A DNA stretch of 64,000 bases from an uncultured bacterium (lineage in GTDB: Bacteria > Verrucomicrobiota > Kiritimatiellia > RFP12 > UBA1067). Positions 9,046 through 18,081 of the stretch are shown here, piece by piece. Location: assembly GCA_902761035.1 (NCBI GenBank), contig CACWIW010000004.1:3981-67980 (forward strand), read 5' to 3'. The notes under the pieces were generated by a model, which saw only the letters and a list, made by a program, of their open reading frames with translations, did no database searches and had not been told where the DNA came from. A program made the position numbers and the translations under genes. Numbering within the stretch: the first letter of the stretch is position 1; each line of letters starts with the position of its first letter.

Positions 9046-11942
9046 CCGGCCAACTCCTTTGTGACGGTTGAGGCAAAAGCCTCGATCCGCTTACGCAACG
9101 GTTCAATGACATTAATGCGTTCGGCCCTGTTTGCCTCGGCGATGCGCTTGCGCTCTTCAAGGGATTTGCCAAACTGTGTTTCAGGTTCCCTTACACGCTC
9201 TGCCTCAAAGTCGGTCTTTAGTGAACCAAGACGCGAAATGAGTTTTTGTCGTATTCCCTCAAGACCTTGTCTAAGCTGATCTTCCAGAGGCTGTCTGATT
9301 TTGTCTTGAAATCGGATATCATTGACAGAATCCTCTATATTCTTGCGGAATTTGCTCGCCGTCTCCACAATCAAAGCATTGCGCCGCTGTTCCTTGGCAA
9401 TTTTGTTTCTTTCTGGCGCAGATGGGTCAATACCTCCTATCTTTGCCAATTCAGCAAAGAGCCAAAGCAAAAAGTCCAACAGGTTTTTGAAATTATTCAG
9501 CAAAAAAGTCTTGATATCTGTCGCACCGTGGACGATGTCAATCACCTGCCGGTTTTCCAATAGGACATTGGACAGATTATCGCATAACTCGCCGACGTCT
9601 TCCTCGGGGACGCTGGGAGGCTCAAATCCATCCAACATTTCGCTCTCGTTGATCTTCCGTTCCTTCCAAAGTTCGTGGATGTCACTGCAGACAAAAGCCA
9701 ACGATTTTCGAAGCCGTCCAACACCATCGCCTTGACGCCACTGCTCCAGTGCGCGGCTCATGGCACCCTTCAAAGCCCCCGCAAATTTCGGGGTTATGTC
9801 ACGCTTGATAGCTTGAGCCAGCTTCTCGGCGCTCCAGAAGAATCCGGCATTCACGGTTGATTCGGCCAAATGATAGGAAAGGTCAGTCACCAATCGATTC
9901 CCGATGGCAAGCTCAAGAATTGATCGAGCCAAACTATTTACCATTGAGTCAAGGCCCTCTCCCAAAACAGATCTTTCAACTTTCCCATTGGCGCGATCTA
10001 CAAAATCAGCTAATTGCCTTTTCGCATCTTCGACCTTGACCTTCCATTCTGCCTCTTTTTCCTCCGCAGCCTTCTCGGAGGCTCTAAGAACACCTTCGTA
10101 GGCGCTGAGCGCCTTGGCCGCACGGTCGCTGCCGCGATTCACGAGAATGCTTTCGGCCTTAAGCGGAATGATGTCATTGTTTAACTTGGAGATGATTACA
10201 TCCAATTGGCTCGCCTGCCGAGCAATTTCTACGGATGCCGACGTTAATTCATCGATACTTGCGAGATTATCATCTTCAATCATAGTGCCGACTTTATGAA
10301 CCATCTTCACCCACATGGAAGACAACGAAGAAGCTCCGTCCTTGACTTTAGCGTCACGGCGCATATTTGCCTCATCCAAATCGCTGAACAAGTCGTGGTG
10401 TTTCAAGAGCAATTCACCCTGCGTGGAAAGGAAAGCCAAGCGCGCGCTGTAAGGGACAACATCCAAAGATCGTCCCATATTGGCGAGCAAGCTTTTCGTC
10501 ACATCTAGAATCTCCGTTGATTTGACATCCCATTCTGACCAAATATTGGCCGTGGTCTGGATTTTTCCATCAAGTCCCCAATTGGCGATCCGCTGAATGG
10601 CCCTCTTGTCATGATCACCCAACTGCTTGTCGCCATAAATTAGATACCAGACAGCGTCGGCATGGCGAATCGCTCTCTCCGCCACACAGGTGTCAAAGGC
10701 ATTGGCAAAGAGGCCGGGGCAGTCCGTAATGCGGCAGCCCAGCCGTTGGAGATTTTCGGAATGGAGTCGAACCAAAACGGAACGAACAAATACAAATGCA
10801 ACCTCATCAAACTCAAAATGGGCGTTGCAGCCATCCCGCCACCGTGTCTCCCAGTCTTTTGGGAAAGCGACTAGTTTTTGAAATTGATTGATGGGCAGCG
10901 TAGCGTTCTCAACCAGTTCCTTTTGCCCATCCGTTCCGAAAAAACGGAGCTGGAGCGTGGCGATGCGCAATTGGTCGAGGCGATCTCGCTCCCAGTTTGC
11001 CTTGTCAGATTCCCACTTTCGCCACAGACCATCTGCGGTACTGCGAAGAAGGTTCATTATTTCCGGTCTTCGCAAATCGGCCAACTTAGGAAACCCGTCA
11101 TCGGTATCGATAGCATCTTCATATTCTTCGTCGGAGAGATTTGAGTTTAAGCTCCGCAATTCTTTTGAAGCCATCAGCTCTCCACGAAGGATGGTTGAAA
11201 TTCCCAGGGAAAGTTCATCTGGGGACTTATAACTTACCTCTGCCCATTCGGCAAGGCCGTCCTTCGTCTCGTTTCCCGAAATATTCTGGGCTGTGACAAC
11301 GGCAGCGCTCGTCTTAATGCCACTGCCGCGCGGGGAGATGTCGCGACCATCGCAGAGTGCGTTGAAAGTGGTGGACTTCCCGCCCTGATACTCGCTGACG
11401 AGGGCGATTTCAAAGGCATCCTCCTGACACTTACACGTTGTCAGGCGAAGTTCATCGGCGTATTTCTTTGGCACGTTCAGAGCGGAAGCTTCCTTCAAGA
11501 GGGCAAGCAATTCGTTGCGGCGGAATTCATACCATCTCGCACGGTCTTTGATATTGACGATCCGTGTTTCATCAGTTTTCGCCGTCCAGATGATATCGCC
11601 GTTTTCAAAATGTGAGATTCGGTCGTTCGGATCGCTGTCGCCATCGTAGGCTTCCTCGTCAGAAATCGGATGCCCGAGTGAACCTCGTTTGCCTGAAATG
11701 TCGAAAGCCCCCCACTCCTTGTACCAGCGCCTACCAATCGTACCATGGATTTCATGGGGTTCGGTCTCGCCGGGGCGTATCACAATCGCGCACCAATCCT
11801 GGTAGTTACACTGCCATCCACCGTCGAGGGTACGATAGATTCCAGGTTCTATTGGTTCGCCAACATAATATCCGCGTTGCTTCATCCAGTCGTATTTGGC
11901 CTGGAATTTGGAAAGGACATCAGCTGGGATGTTAGCGTTCAC
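9042..11942 (-). CDS. Large dynamin-like protein with N-terminal LGFP-like repeats (paralog of 13083-15650)
   Basis: G1 SEYQGGKSTTFNAL (aa 183-191), G3 ITDCPG (aa ~405-410), then ~550 aa of helical stalk-like sequence. It aligns by eye along its whole length with the 855-aa ORF. The extra ~128 N-terminal aa resemble LGFP repeats. Confidence 0.8.
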   Translation of the reverse strand: MNANIPADVLSKFQAKYDWMKQRGYYVGEPIEPGIYRTLDGGWQCNYQDWCAIVIRPGETEPHEIHGTIGRRWYKEWGAFDISGKRGSLGHPISDEEAYDGDSDPNDRISHFENGDIIWTAKTDETRIVNIKDRARWYEFRRNELLALLKEASALNVPKKYADELRLTTCKCQEDAFEIALVSEYQGGKSTTFNALCDGRDISPRGSGIKTSAAVVTAQNISGNETKDGLAEWAEVSYKSPDELSLGISTILRGELMASKELRSLNSNLSDEEYEDAIDTDDGFPKLADLRRPEIMNLLRSTADGLWRKWESDKANWERDRLDQLRIATLQLRFFGTDGQKELVENATLPINQFQKLVAFPKDWETRWRDGCNAHFEFDEVAFVFVRSVLVRLHSENLQRLGCRITDCPGLFANAFDTCVAERAIRHADAVWYLIYGDKQLGDHDKRAIQRIANWGLDGKIQTTANIWSEWDVKSTEILDVTKSLLANMGRSLDVVPYSARLAFLSTQGELLLKHHDLFSDLDEANMRRDAKVKDGASSLSSMWVKMVHKVGTMIEDDNLASIDELTSASVEIARQASQLDVIISKLNNDIIPLKAESILVNRGSDRAAKALSAYEGVLRASEKAAEEKEAEWKVKVEDAKRQLADFVDRANGKVERSVLGEGLDSMVNSLARSILELAIGNRLVTDLSYHLAESTVNAGFFWSAEKLAQAIKRDITPKFAGALKGAMSRALEQWRQGDGVGRLRKSLAFVCSDIHELWKERKINESEMLDGFEPPSVPEEDVGELCDNLSNVLLENRQVIDIVHGATDIKTFLLNNFKNLLDFLLWLFAELAKIGGIDPSAPERNKIAKEQRRNALIVETASKFRKNIEDSVNDIRFQDKIRQPLEDQLRQGLEGIRQKLISRLGSLKTDFEAERVREPETQFGKSLEERKRIAEANRAERINVIEPLRKRIEAFASTVTKELAG

Positions 11943-11982
11943 GGATTAACTCCTTTGCGATGAATGTTGGGTTGGGTGATGG

Positions 11983-13074
11983 CTAGTGCTTGCCGAAATT
12001 GGCGAGAAATGCCCGCAGTGCGACCTTTGCTTTTTCCGTGGCTTGTATTACGGTTGGCGCGATGGTGCCGCGAAACACAGTAGTCGTTGCAGCAGCGGCC
12101 GAGTTGAGTGCATTACCGGCCTTGGTTGCTGCGACTTTGGTTTCTCTCGCAACTGCGTTGGCCGCGTTCGCCACCACCGGCGCGACCCTTTCATAGATTG
12201 CGCCGACACGTCTCCTCGCCTCATCAAGCCAAGACGCCATGCCGTCCTTCTTTCCGAGTTCGGCTAATTTCTGGCGAAGAGCGGGGAAACCGCATCGCGC
12301 CATGATGGCAGAAGGTGAGGGATCGTCAATGCCGAGTTCGTCTTTGGCATAGCACCTGATTCGCTTTTCGACACGCTCGGCGTCACGCCTAACCCGCTCA
12401 TCGGGGGAATCCTTGTCGCGCGACAGTTGGCCTGTAGCATACCAAGCCCAAAGCGCATTGACTGGATGGACAAGACGTTCCCCTACGCGCAGGAAAAGAT
12501 TCGCTACGCCCATATTTGCCAGTTCAGCCTCGATAGCCGAGCCGATTTCGGCATTCTGCGGATCGTCCGGCGACCAGCATTCTGGATTGGTACAATTGAG
12601 CAGGAACAAGCAGCGTTTCCCTGGGACACAGGCTTCGTGGACAATCTTCCGGCAGACATCACCCATGGCTTTCGCCTCTTGGACGATCACGACGACCGAC
12701 GAGGCCTTGATTGCAACCGACGCGGATTTGTCATCGGTATCCTGCGCGTTGTAGCCAGGAGTGTCGACGACATCTATGTACTGCAGGAGAGGCTTGTAGG
12801 CGGATATGCGGAACCAATCGTCGGGGCCGACCTCGCGGGATGGGTCGAAAACATCCTGACGGCGGGCGAGACGCTCGCCGTCAGGGTTGGTGCCGTGGAA
12901 GAGCCAGACTTCCTCGGCCTCCCCGTAGCGAAAGAGCGTCGAGGCGGCCGTGGTGCGCAACCCCTTGCCGGTTGGGGCGTAGCGGTCATCTAGCAGACAG
13001 TTGACAAGCGTCGATTTGCCTATTTGGAAGCCGCCCACGATAGCGACCACAGGTTTTTCGCTGTGGAAGTCCAT
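11983..13074 (-). CDS. Small dynamin-type GTPase with Ala-rich C-terminal extension
   Basis: G1 VGGFQIGKSTLVNCL, G3 VVDTPG. Paralogous to 8290-9045. Alanine-rich amphipathic tail (VVANAANAVARETKVAATKAGNALNSAAAATT). Starts 8 nt after the stop of the 855-aa gene. Confidence 0.75.
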   Translation of the reverse strand: MDFHSEKPVVAIVGGFQIGKSTLVNCLLDDRYAPTGKGLRTTAASTLFRYGEAEEVWLFHGTNPDGERLARRQDVFDPSREVGPDDWFRISAYKPLLQYIDVVDTPGYNAQDTDDKSASVAIKASSVVVIVQEAKAMGDVCRKIVHEACVPGKRCLFLLNCTNPECWSPDDPQNAEIGSAIEAELANMGVANLFLRVGERLVHPVNALWAWYATGQLSRDKDSPDERVRRDAERVEKRIRCYAKDELGIDDPSPSAIMARCGFPALRQKLAELGKKDGMASWLDEARRRVGAIYERVAPVVANAANAVARETKVAATKAGNALNSAAAATTTVFRGTIAPTVIQATEKAKVALRAFLANFGKH

Positions 13075-13082
13075 TGCTGCAC

Positions 13083-15650
13083 CTAAGCCGAAAGATCGAC
13101 AATGACCGCGTCCTTGAACGCATCGATCCGCTTGCGCAGCGGCTCGATGGTCTGAGTACGAATGGCATGGATTTCGGCGGCAATCTTCTTGCGCTCTTCG
13201 ACAGACTGTCCGAACATCTTGTCCGGTTCGGCGACACGCTCTTTCTCAAAGTCTTTCTTGAGATCTTCAAGCCTGTTACGCAGAATATCCTCGATTTTCT
13301 GCACCGAACCTACAAGTTCTTCGTTCAGCGGTTTGACAATGCCGTTGCGGAAGGTAGAATCAGATACGGCCTTTGCAATCTCAGGACGGACTTTACCGAA
13401 GATTCTATCTATTTCCCGTTTCAGTCTCTCAATCTCCGCTCGTTCACGCTCCTCCTCACTGCGAGTCAAATCCCAGATGGCCTTTCCGATGAAGACAGCA
13501 GCTGTAAGTGGGAAACAGACAATTCCTCCAATGAACCCAAGAAGCATTGGCCAGATAACCTCCCAGATAACCGTGAAAATGCCTCTCCGCCCTTTCTCTG
13601 CTATTTCGCTGATATTTGTGCCACCCATGACTTTTTCAGAAAGATTTCCGCAAACACCCGTTATGTCTTCCAGAGAAACAGTTGGCGTTGAAAAACCACG
13701 AAGCATCTCAACGTCGCTTAACTGACGATCTGCCCACAAATCATGAATCTCGTCACATACATTAGACAACGAACGACGAAGGCGATCAAGGGAATTGCTA
13801 CCTGATTTAGCCTTCCATTCTTCGATTGCGCAAGTCAATGCGTCTTTGAAGTCCTCCGCCAAGACAGGTGTCATTCGAGCGACAAGATCCCGTTCCATGG
13901 CTTTCCGCGTCATGTAGAATTCGCGGCTGGTAATCCTAAGTATGGCTGCGATGTCATTTGCGAGGATATCAATGAATTGATCGCCTAAGGCCATGTCAAC
14001 AATCTCCGTTGCCATAACCTTGGCGAGCATGTCTTTCGATCCCGCGAAAGACGAACGATCGATTGTTGTATTGGCCCTTTCGACAAAATCCGCCAGCTGC
14101 CTGCGGGCGTCTTCAACCTTGGCGCGCCATTCTTCTTCCTTTGCCAGAGCGGCGTCTTCAGTTGCCTTCAGAACGCCTTCGTAGGCGAGAAGCGCCTTGG
14201 AGGCGCGGTCGCTGCCGCGGTCAACGAGGATACTTTGCGCCTTCTGGGGAATTATCTCGTTTTCAAGACGGGAGAGAATACCGTCGAGCAGACTTTCGCG
14301 GCGCACGACGGCAATGGATTCAGCATCAAGTTCCTGGATGTCCTCAACATTCTCGAGCTCAGTTGACCCTCCGACACGTCGTACCATCTTAGCCCACATG
14401 GTTTCCGGCGCAGGATCACCTTCCTTGACCTTTGCGTCGATGCGCATGTTGGCTTTGTCGAGACTGGAGAAAAGCGATGCACGGTTGAGAAGCAGGTCGC
14501 CCTGCATGGCGAGGAACGCGAGGCGGGCGTTGTAAGGAAATACCTCAACGGCATGTCCTGCATTGGCGAGGGCGGCCTTTGTGGCGGGAATGATCTCGGC
14601 TATCTTCTGCTCATGCGGCCCCTTGAGGTTACTCGTGGCCTCGATTTTCCCGAGCATCCCCATCGCGGCGATGGCGCGGATGATTTCAAGATCCTTCTGC
14701 CCAATCTGCTTCTCGCCGTTTATAAGATACCAGACGGCATCGGCGTTGAGGATTGTGCGCCGCGCCACACTGGTGTCGTATGCGTTGGCAAAGAGGCCGG
14801 GACAGTCCGTTATGCGGCAGCCGAGCCGCCGGAGATTCTCCGAGTGTATACGCACGAGGACAGACTGCACAAATACAAAGGCCACTTCGTCAAGCGTGAA
14901 CTGCGAGTCCGGCCCGTTCATCCAGCGGACCATCCAGTCTTTAGGGAAGGCGATCAGCTTCTGGAACTTGTCGATGGGCAAAACAGCCTGCGAAACCATC
15001 TTATGGTATTCTGCGCTATTGTAGAAACGCAATTGCAGCGTGGCAATGCGCAATTCGTCCAGCTCGTCGTCAGAAAGCGACGTCTTGTCGTTGCGCCACT
15101 TGCTCCAGAGCACGTTAGTTGCACTCTTTAGCGCGGTGCGGCATTCGTCGTTGTCAAGATCGACAAGGCCAGGAAAGCCATCGTCCGTCGCGATTGCCTC
15201 CGCATATTGCTCGTCGGACAACTTGGAGTTGAACCTGCGGAGAGCCTCGGAATCGATAAGCGGACGGCGGAGGATTGTGGAAAGGCTGAGCGCTATAGCA
15301 CCAGGTGTCTTGAAGGTCACTTCCGCCCATTCCGGCAAGCCGTCTTTCGTTTCGTCACCGGCGATATTCTGCGCCGAAATGACTGCGGCGCTCGTCTTGA
15401 TGCCGCCACCGCCGAGCCCGCGCGGGGAGATGTCGCGACCGTCGCAGAGCGCGTTGAATGTCGTGGATTTGCCGCCTTGGAACTCACCAACGAGGGCAAT
15501 CTCAAAGGAGTCCTCCTGGCACTTGCGCGAGGTTTGACGGAGTTCGTCCGCGTACTTTTCGGGAAGATCTAACGCCGTGGCCTCCCGAAGGAGTTCGAGG
15601 AGTTCGTTTCGACGTGTTTCGTACCACTTGGCTGTGTTGTCGTTAGTCAT
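13083..15650 (-). CDS. Large dynamin-like protein with hydrophobic hairpin
   Basis: G1 GEFQGGKSTTFNAL (aa 55-63), G3 ITDCPG (aa ~280-285), helical stalk. Hydrophobic hairpin GIFTVIWEVIWPMLLGFIGGIVCFPLTAAVFIGKAIW near the C-terminal third, at a BDLP paddle-like position. Confidence 0.8.
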   Translation of the reverse strand: MTNDNTAKWYETRRNELLELLREATALDLPEKYADELRQTSRKCQEDSFEIALVGEFQGGKSTTFNALCDGRDISPRGLGGGGIKTSAAVISAQNIAGDETKDGLPEWAEVTFKTPGAIALSLSTILRRPLIDSEALRRFNSKLSDEQYAEAIATDDGFPGLVDLDNDECRTALKSATNVLWSKWRNDKTSLSDDELDELRIATLQLRFYNSAEYHKMVSQAVLPIDKFQKLIAFPKDWMVRWMNGPDSQFTLDEVAFVFVQSVLVRIHSENLRRLGCRITDCPGLFANAYDTSVARRTILNADAVWYLINGEKQIGQKDLEIIRAIAAMGMLGKIEATSNLKGPHEQKIAEIIPATKAALANAGHAVEVFPYNARLAFLAMQGDLLLNRASLFSSLDKANMRIDAKVKEGDPAPETMWAKMVRRVGGSTELENVEDIQELDAESIAVVRRESLLDGILSRLENEIIPQKAQSILVDRGSDRASKALLAYEGVLKATEDAALAKEEEWRAKVEDARRQLADFVERANTTIDRSSFAGSKDMLAKVMATEIVDMALGDQFIDILANDIAAILRITSREFYMTRKAMERDLVARMTPVLAEDFKDALTCAIEEWKAKSGSNSLDRLRRSLSNVCDEIHDLWADRQLSDVEMLRGFSTPTVSLEDITGVCGNLSEKVMGGTNISEIAEKGRRGIFTVIWEVIWPMLLGFIGGIVCFPLTAAVFIGKAIWDLTRSEEERERAEIERLKREIDRIFGKVRPEIAKAVSDSTFRNGIVKPLNEELVGSVQKIEDILRNRLEDLKKDFEKERVAEPDKMFGQSVEERKKIAAEIHAIRTQTIEPLRKRIDAFKDAVIVDLSA

Positions 15651-15671
15651 TTTTCATTCACTTTTGTCTTC

Positions 15672-15695
15672 CCCACCCGTCTTGCGACGGGTGGG
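15672..15695 (-). other. Intercistronic GC-rich hairpin (10-bp perfect stem, 4-nt loop)
   Basis: CCCACCCGTC-TTGC-GACGGGTGGG, between the stop at 15707 and the start at 15650. No U-tract follows on the transcribed (minus) strand. Confidence 0.5.
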
Positions 15696-15706
15696 ATTAA
15701 GGGTAT

Positions 15707-18016
15707 TCAGAATGTCTTAGTAAGTGCAGCTAGGGCACCAGCGGCGGCATTGGTGAGGCGTGTCTTCTCGTCTGGAGCGGGCGTGAGTTCGTCACGCCAA
15801 TTGGCGACGATGATGCGGAATGCTTCATCAGAGTTCTTAGATCGGATGAAAGCGTCAAAAAATGTTTCCACGACGGCCGCGAAGATGCGGTTGGGACAGA
15901 AGCTCTGGGCGGAACCCATCGATTGCTCCAGCATCGCAATCACGTCGGCGCGAACCGAGGCGTCCGGGATTGCCTTTTCAAAGAGCCTCTTCTTACGCTC
16001 CAACGCGGCGGTATTTCCGGTGCCGGACTTGCGCATGGCCGTTGAATACGCTTCGGCCGCTTCCTTCAATTTCGCGTCGAGCGCAGCTAGGGTTTCCTGC
16101 ACGGCGTTCGCGTCGGACTCGGACACGTCCGGAAATCGCTTAGGTTCAAGGGAATCCGTTGCCGCATGGAGCAACGGTTCCAGATGGAAACGGAACTGGA
16201 GGTCGAATTCCGCAATCCTCCGAAGCGGAGCGGAAAGCTCTCGCAGGATTGCCGCATCCCCGGGATACTTCGTGCGTTCGTCGATTCGGTCGGCCAGGGC
16301 GACGATTTGGGCCCTGACGGCAGCCAGCCGTGCGGAGGGGCTGTCCGAGGCCGGGGTTGCTTTCGCAGGAACGAACCCATTCAAGTACCGGTTGGCCCGG
16401 AGCGAATCCATGACATCCGACAACAGCCGCGCGATCCGGTCGGTCAGATGCAGGTCCATCGTCTCCCATTGGTCGCGGAATTTCACGCGGAAATCGTTGA
16501 TGAAGAGCTGCGGCCGCCCGTGTTCCTTCGTAATCGCGCTCTTGACGACCCGACGCAATTCTTCGGGCGAACCGTATCCGAATCCTTCTGCTCCCCAGCG
16601 GAGAACTTGTTCCTTGACGTTGGAAACGGCGTCGTTCCACTCCTTGTCCTCTCCGCGCGTCTTTTCCACGGCGGAATCCCGCTGGCGTTCCAGAATGTCC
16701 TGGGTTTCGTTGTGGAGCATTGCCGCGAACACATTGGGATTCACGGAATCCAGACCGAGCGCAGGGACCTTGGTTCGGGCAGACTCCACTGCATTTCGAG
16801 CGGAGGCAAGGGCCGCTTCCGCTTTTGCGTTTTGGCGGGACAGGATGGCCGCGTCGATGACGGGGAGGTTTTTCGCGAGGAAATCCAGAATGCGCGGCAT
16901 CGCAACTTGATTCACCTTGTCCTTGCAGTGGGCGTCGCATTCAATTGTCTCGAACGGACGATCAACCTTCGCCCGGAAGTTCTCTACACAACTTTGTAAC
17001 CGATCCGGCGTCGAAGCATCATTAAAGAGAACTAACGTGAATTTCGTCTGATCCTCAACATCTGGAACGACTCTCTGCATCGCATCCAGCGCGGTAGTGT
17101 CGGCCTTCAACCATTCGACACGGCCATCTATCGGCACCTTTTTCACAAGTATCGTGATGTCGCAGCTGTTCCGAAGATTTTCAGTCTGAGCTTTCGCCAG
17201 ATTTATGCCCGCCTCGCCTATGCCAGGGAGATCGACAACACGGAGTTTGGCGAAGTCAGTGGCCGGGAACGGAGCCTTAACCACGAGGTTCGCGACAGCT
17301 AGAAACGGACCTGCTTTCGTCTTTCCATCCTCAGGGTATGCCACAAACTGACGTAGTTCCGGCAGTGAGATTGAGACGGCCCTTCGTCCTGTAAGATAGG
17401 ACTCGTATCCCGTCAGATGTAATTTTGCGTGCTCCAGTCTCTTTATAATATCGAGGTTGTTCTGGTTCTCCTCAACGCCCTGCGGAAGTTCCACGTGTAG
17501 GTCACGGAAGGCTGCCATGCTGGTCGGCGCGGGGATTCCGATCTCACTGCACAAAGGTGCGATAACCTCGGAGAGGAATGATTCAGGCGAGTGAAAGTCC
17601 GCGATTGCGGCCTTTTCGTCCAGACTGTTCTCAATCAGACTTCGGACGGCCGTGGTACAGTATAGGTCGCCAGTAGGGATTTCGTTTTCTGAGAGCCCTG
17701 TTGCGGATTGGATGAATGTGCTTTTCCCCATACCCGCCGTACCGCCGATGCCGATGCACAGAGTTTCCCGTGCGAAACGGACACGGACAAGGGCATAGTC
17801 AGCGAGAACGCCTCGCACGGCTTCCGCAGCCGAACGAAGCTGGACGGACGCTCCGTGCAGGTCGGAATTGGCGCATTCGGCGGCTTCCGTTTTAGCGATG
17901 ACTCCCTCCAGCGCGATTTCACGAGATTTCCACGCGGCAATGGCCGCGTCAATATCTTTCAGGTGCGCTGCGCGTGTGGCGAGGATAGCATCAAGTTGGG
18001 CTGAGATGTTGCTCAT
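15707..18016 (-). CDS. Divergent P-loop GTPase, dynamin-like (LeoA/HP0731-type by recall)
   Basis: 769-aa ORF. G1 GIGGTAGMGKSTF (aa 88-100), G3 VVDLPGIGEAG (aa 260-270), a long helical C-terminus. No obvious hydrophobic hairpin. Confidence 0.65.
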   Translation of the reverse strand: MSNISAQLDAILATRAAHLKDIDAAIAAWKSREIALEGVIAKTEAAECANSDLHGASVQLRSAAEAVRGVLADYALVRVRFARETLCIGIGGTAGMGKSTFIQSATGLSENEIPTGDLYCTTAVRSLIENSLDEKAAIADFHSPESFLSEVIAPLCSEIGIPAPTSMAAFRDLHVELPQGVEENQNNLDIIKRLEHAKLHLTGYESYLTGRRAVSISLPELRQFVAYPEDGKTKAGPFLAVANLVVKAPFPATDFAKLRVVDLPGIGEAGINLAKAQTENLRNSCDITILVKKVPIDGRVEWLKADTTALDAMQRVVPDVEDQTKFTLVLFNDASTPDRLQSCVENFRAKVDRPFETIECDAHCKDKVNQVAMPRILDFLAKNLPVIDAAILSRQNAKAEAALASARNAVESARTKVPALGLDSVNPNVFAAMLHNETQDILERQRDSAVEKTRGEDKEWNDAVSNVKEQVLRWGAEGFGYGSPEELRRVVKSAITKEHGRPQLFINDFRVKFRDQWETMDLHLTDRIARLLSDVMDSLRANRYLNGFVPAKATPASDSPSARLAAVRAQIVALADRIDERTKYPGDAAILRELSAPLRRIAEFDLQFRFHLEPLLHAATDSLEPKRFPDVSESDANAVQETLAALDAKLKEAAEAYSTAMRKSGTGNTAALERKKRLFEKAIPDASVRADVIAMLEQSMGSAQSFCPNRIFAAVVETFFDAFIRSKNSDEAFRIIVANWRDELTPAPDEKTRLTNAAAGALAALTKTF

Positions 18017-18053
18017 TGGAACTGTTCCTGTTTGGGTTGATTGGTAAAATCGA

Positions 18054-18073
18054 CGGGGACGCTAGCGTCCCCG
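18054..18073 (-). other. Intercistronic 20-nt perfect palindrome / hairpin
   Basis: CGGGGACGCTAGCGTCCCCG between the stop at 18082 and the start at 18016. On the minus-strand RNA it is followed by UCGAUUUUA, so it could be a weak attenuator. Confidence 0.45.
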
Positions 18074-18081
18074 CCTGTGGA

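Noticed and set aside
15750-16999. Long plus- and minus-strand alternative ORFs inside the 769-aa GTPase gene (15750-16910 +, 16166-16999 +, 16146-16940 -).
   Set aside because: Their translations are Arg/Ser/Ala-rich. I take them as a by-product of the locally higher GC of this gene, and I used them only as a compositional indicator.
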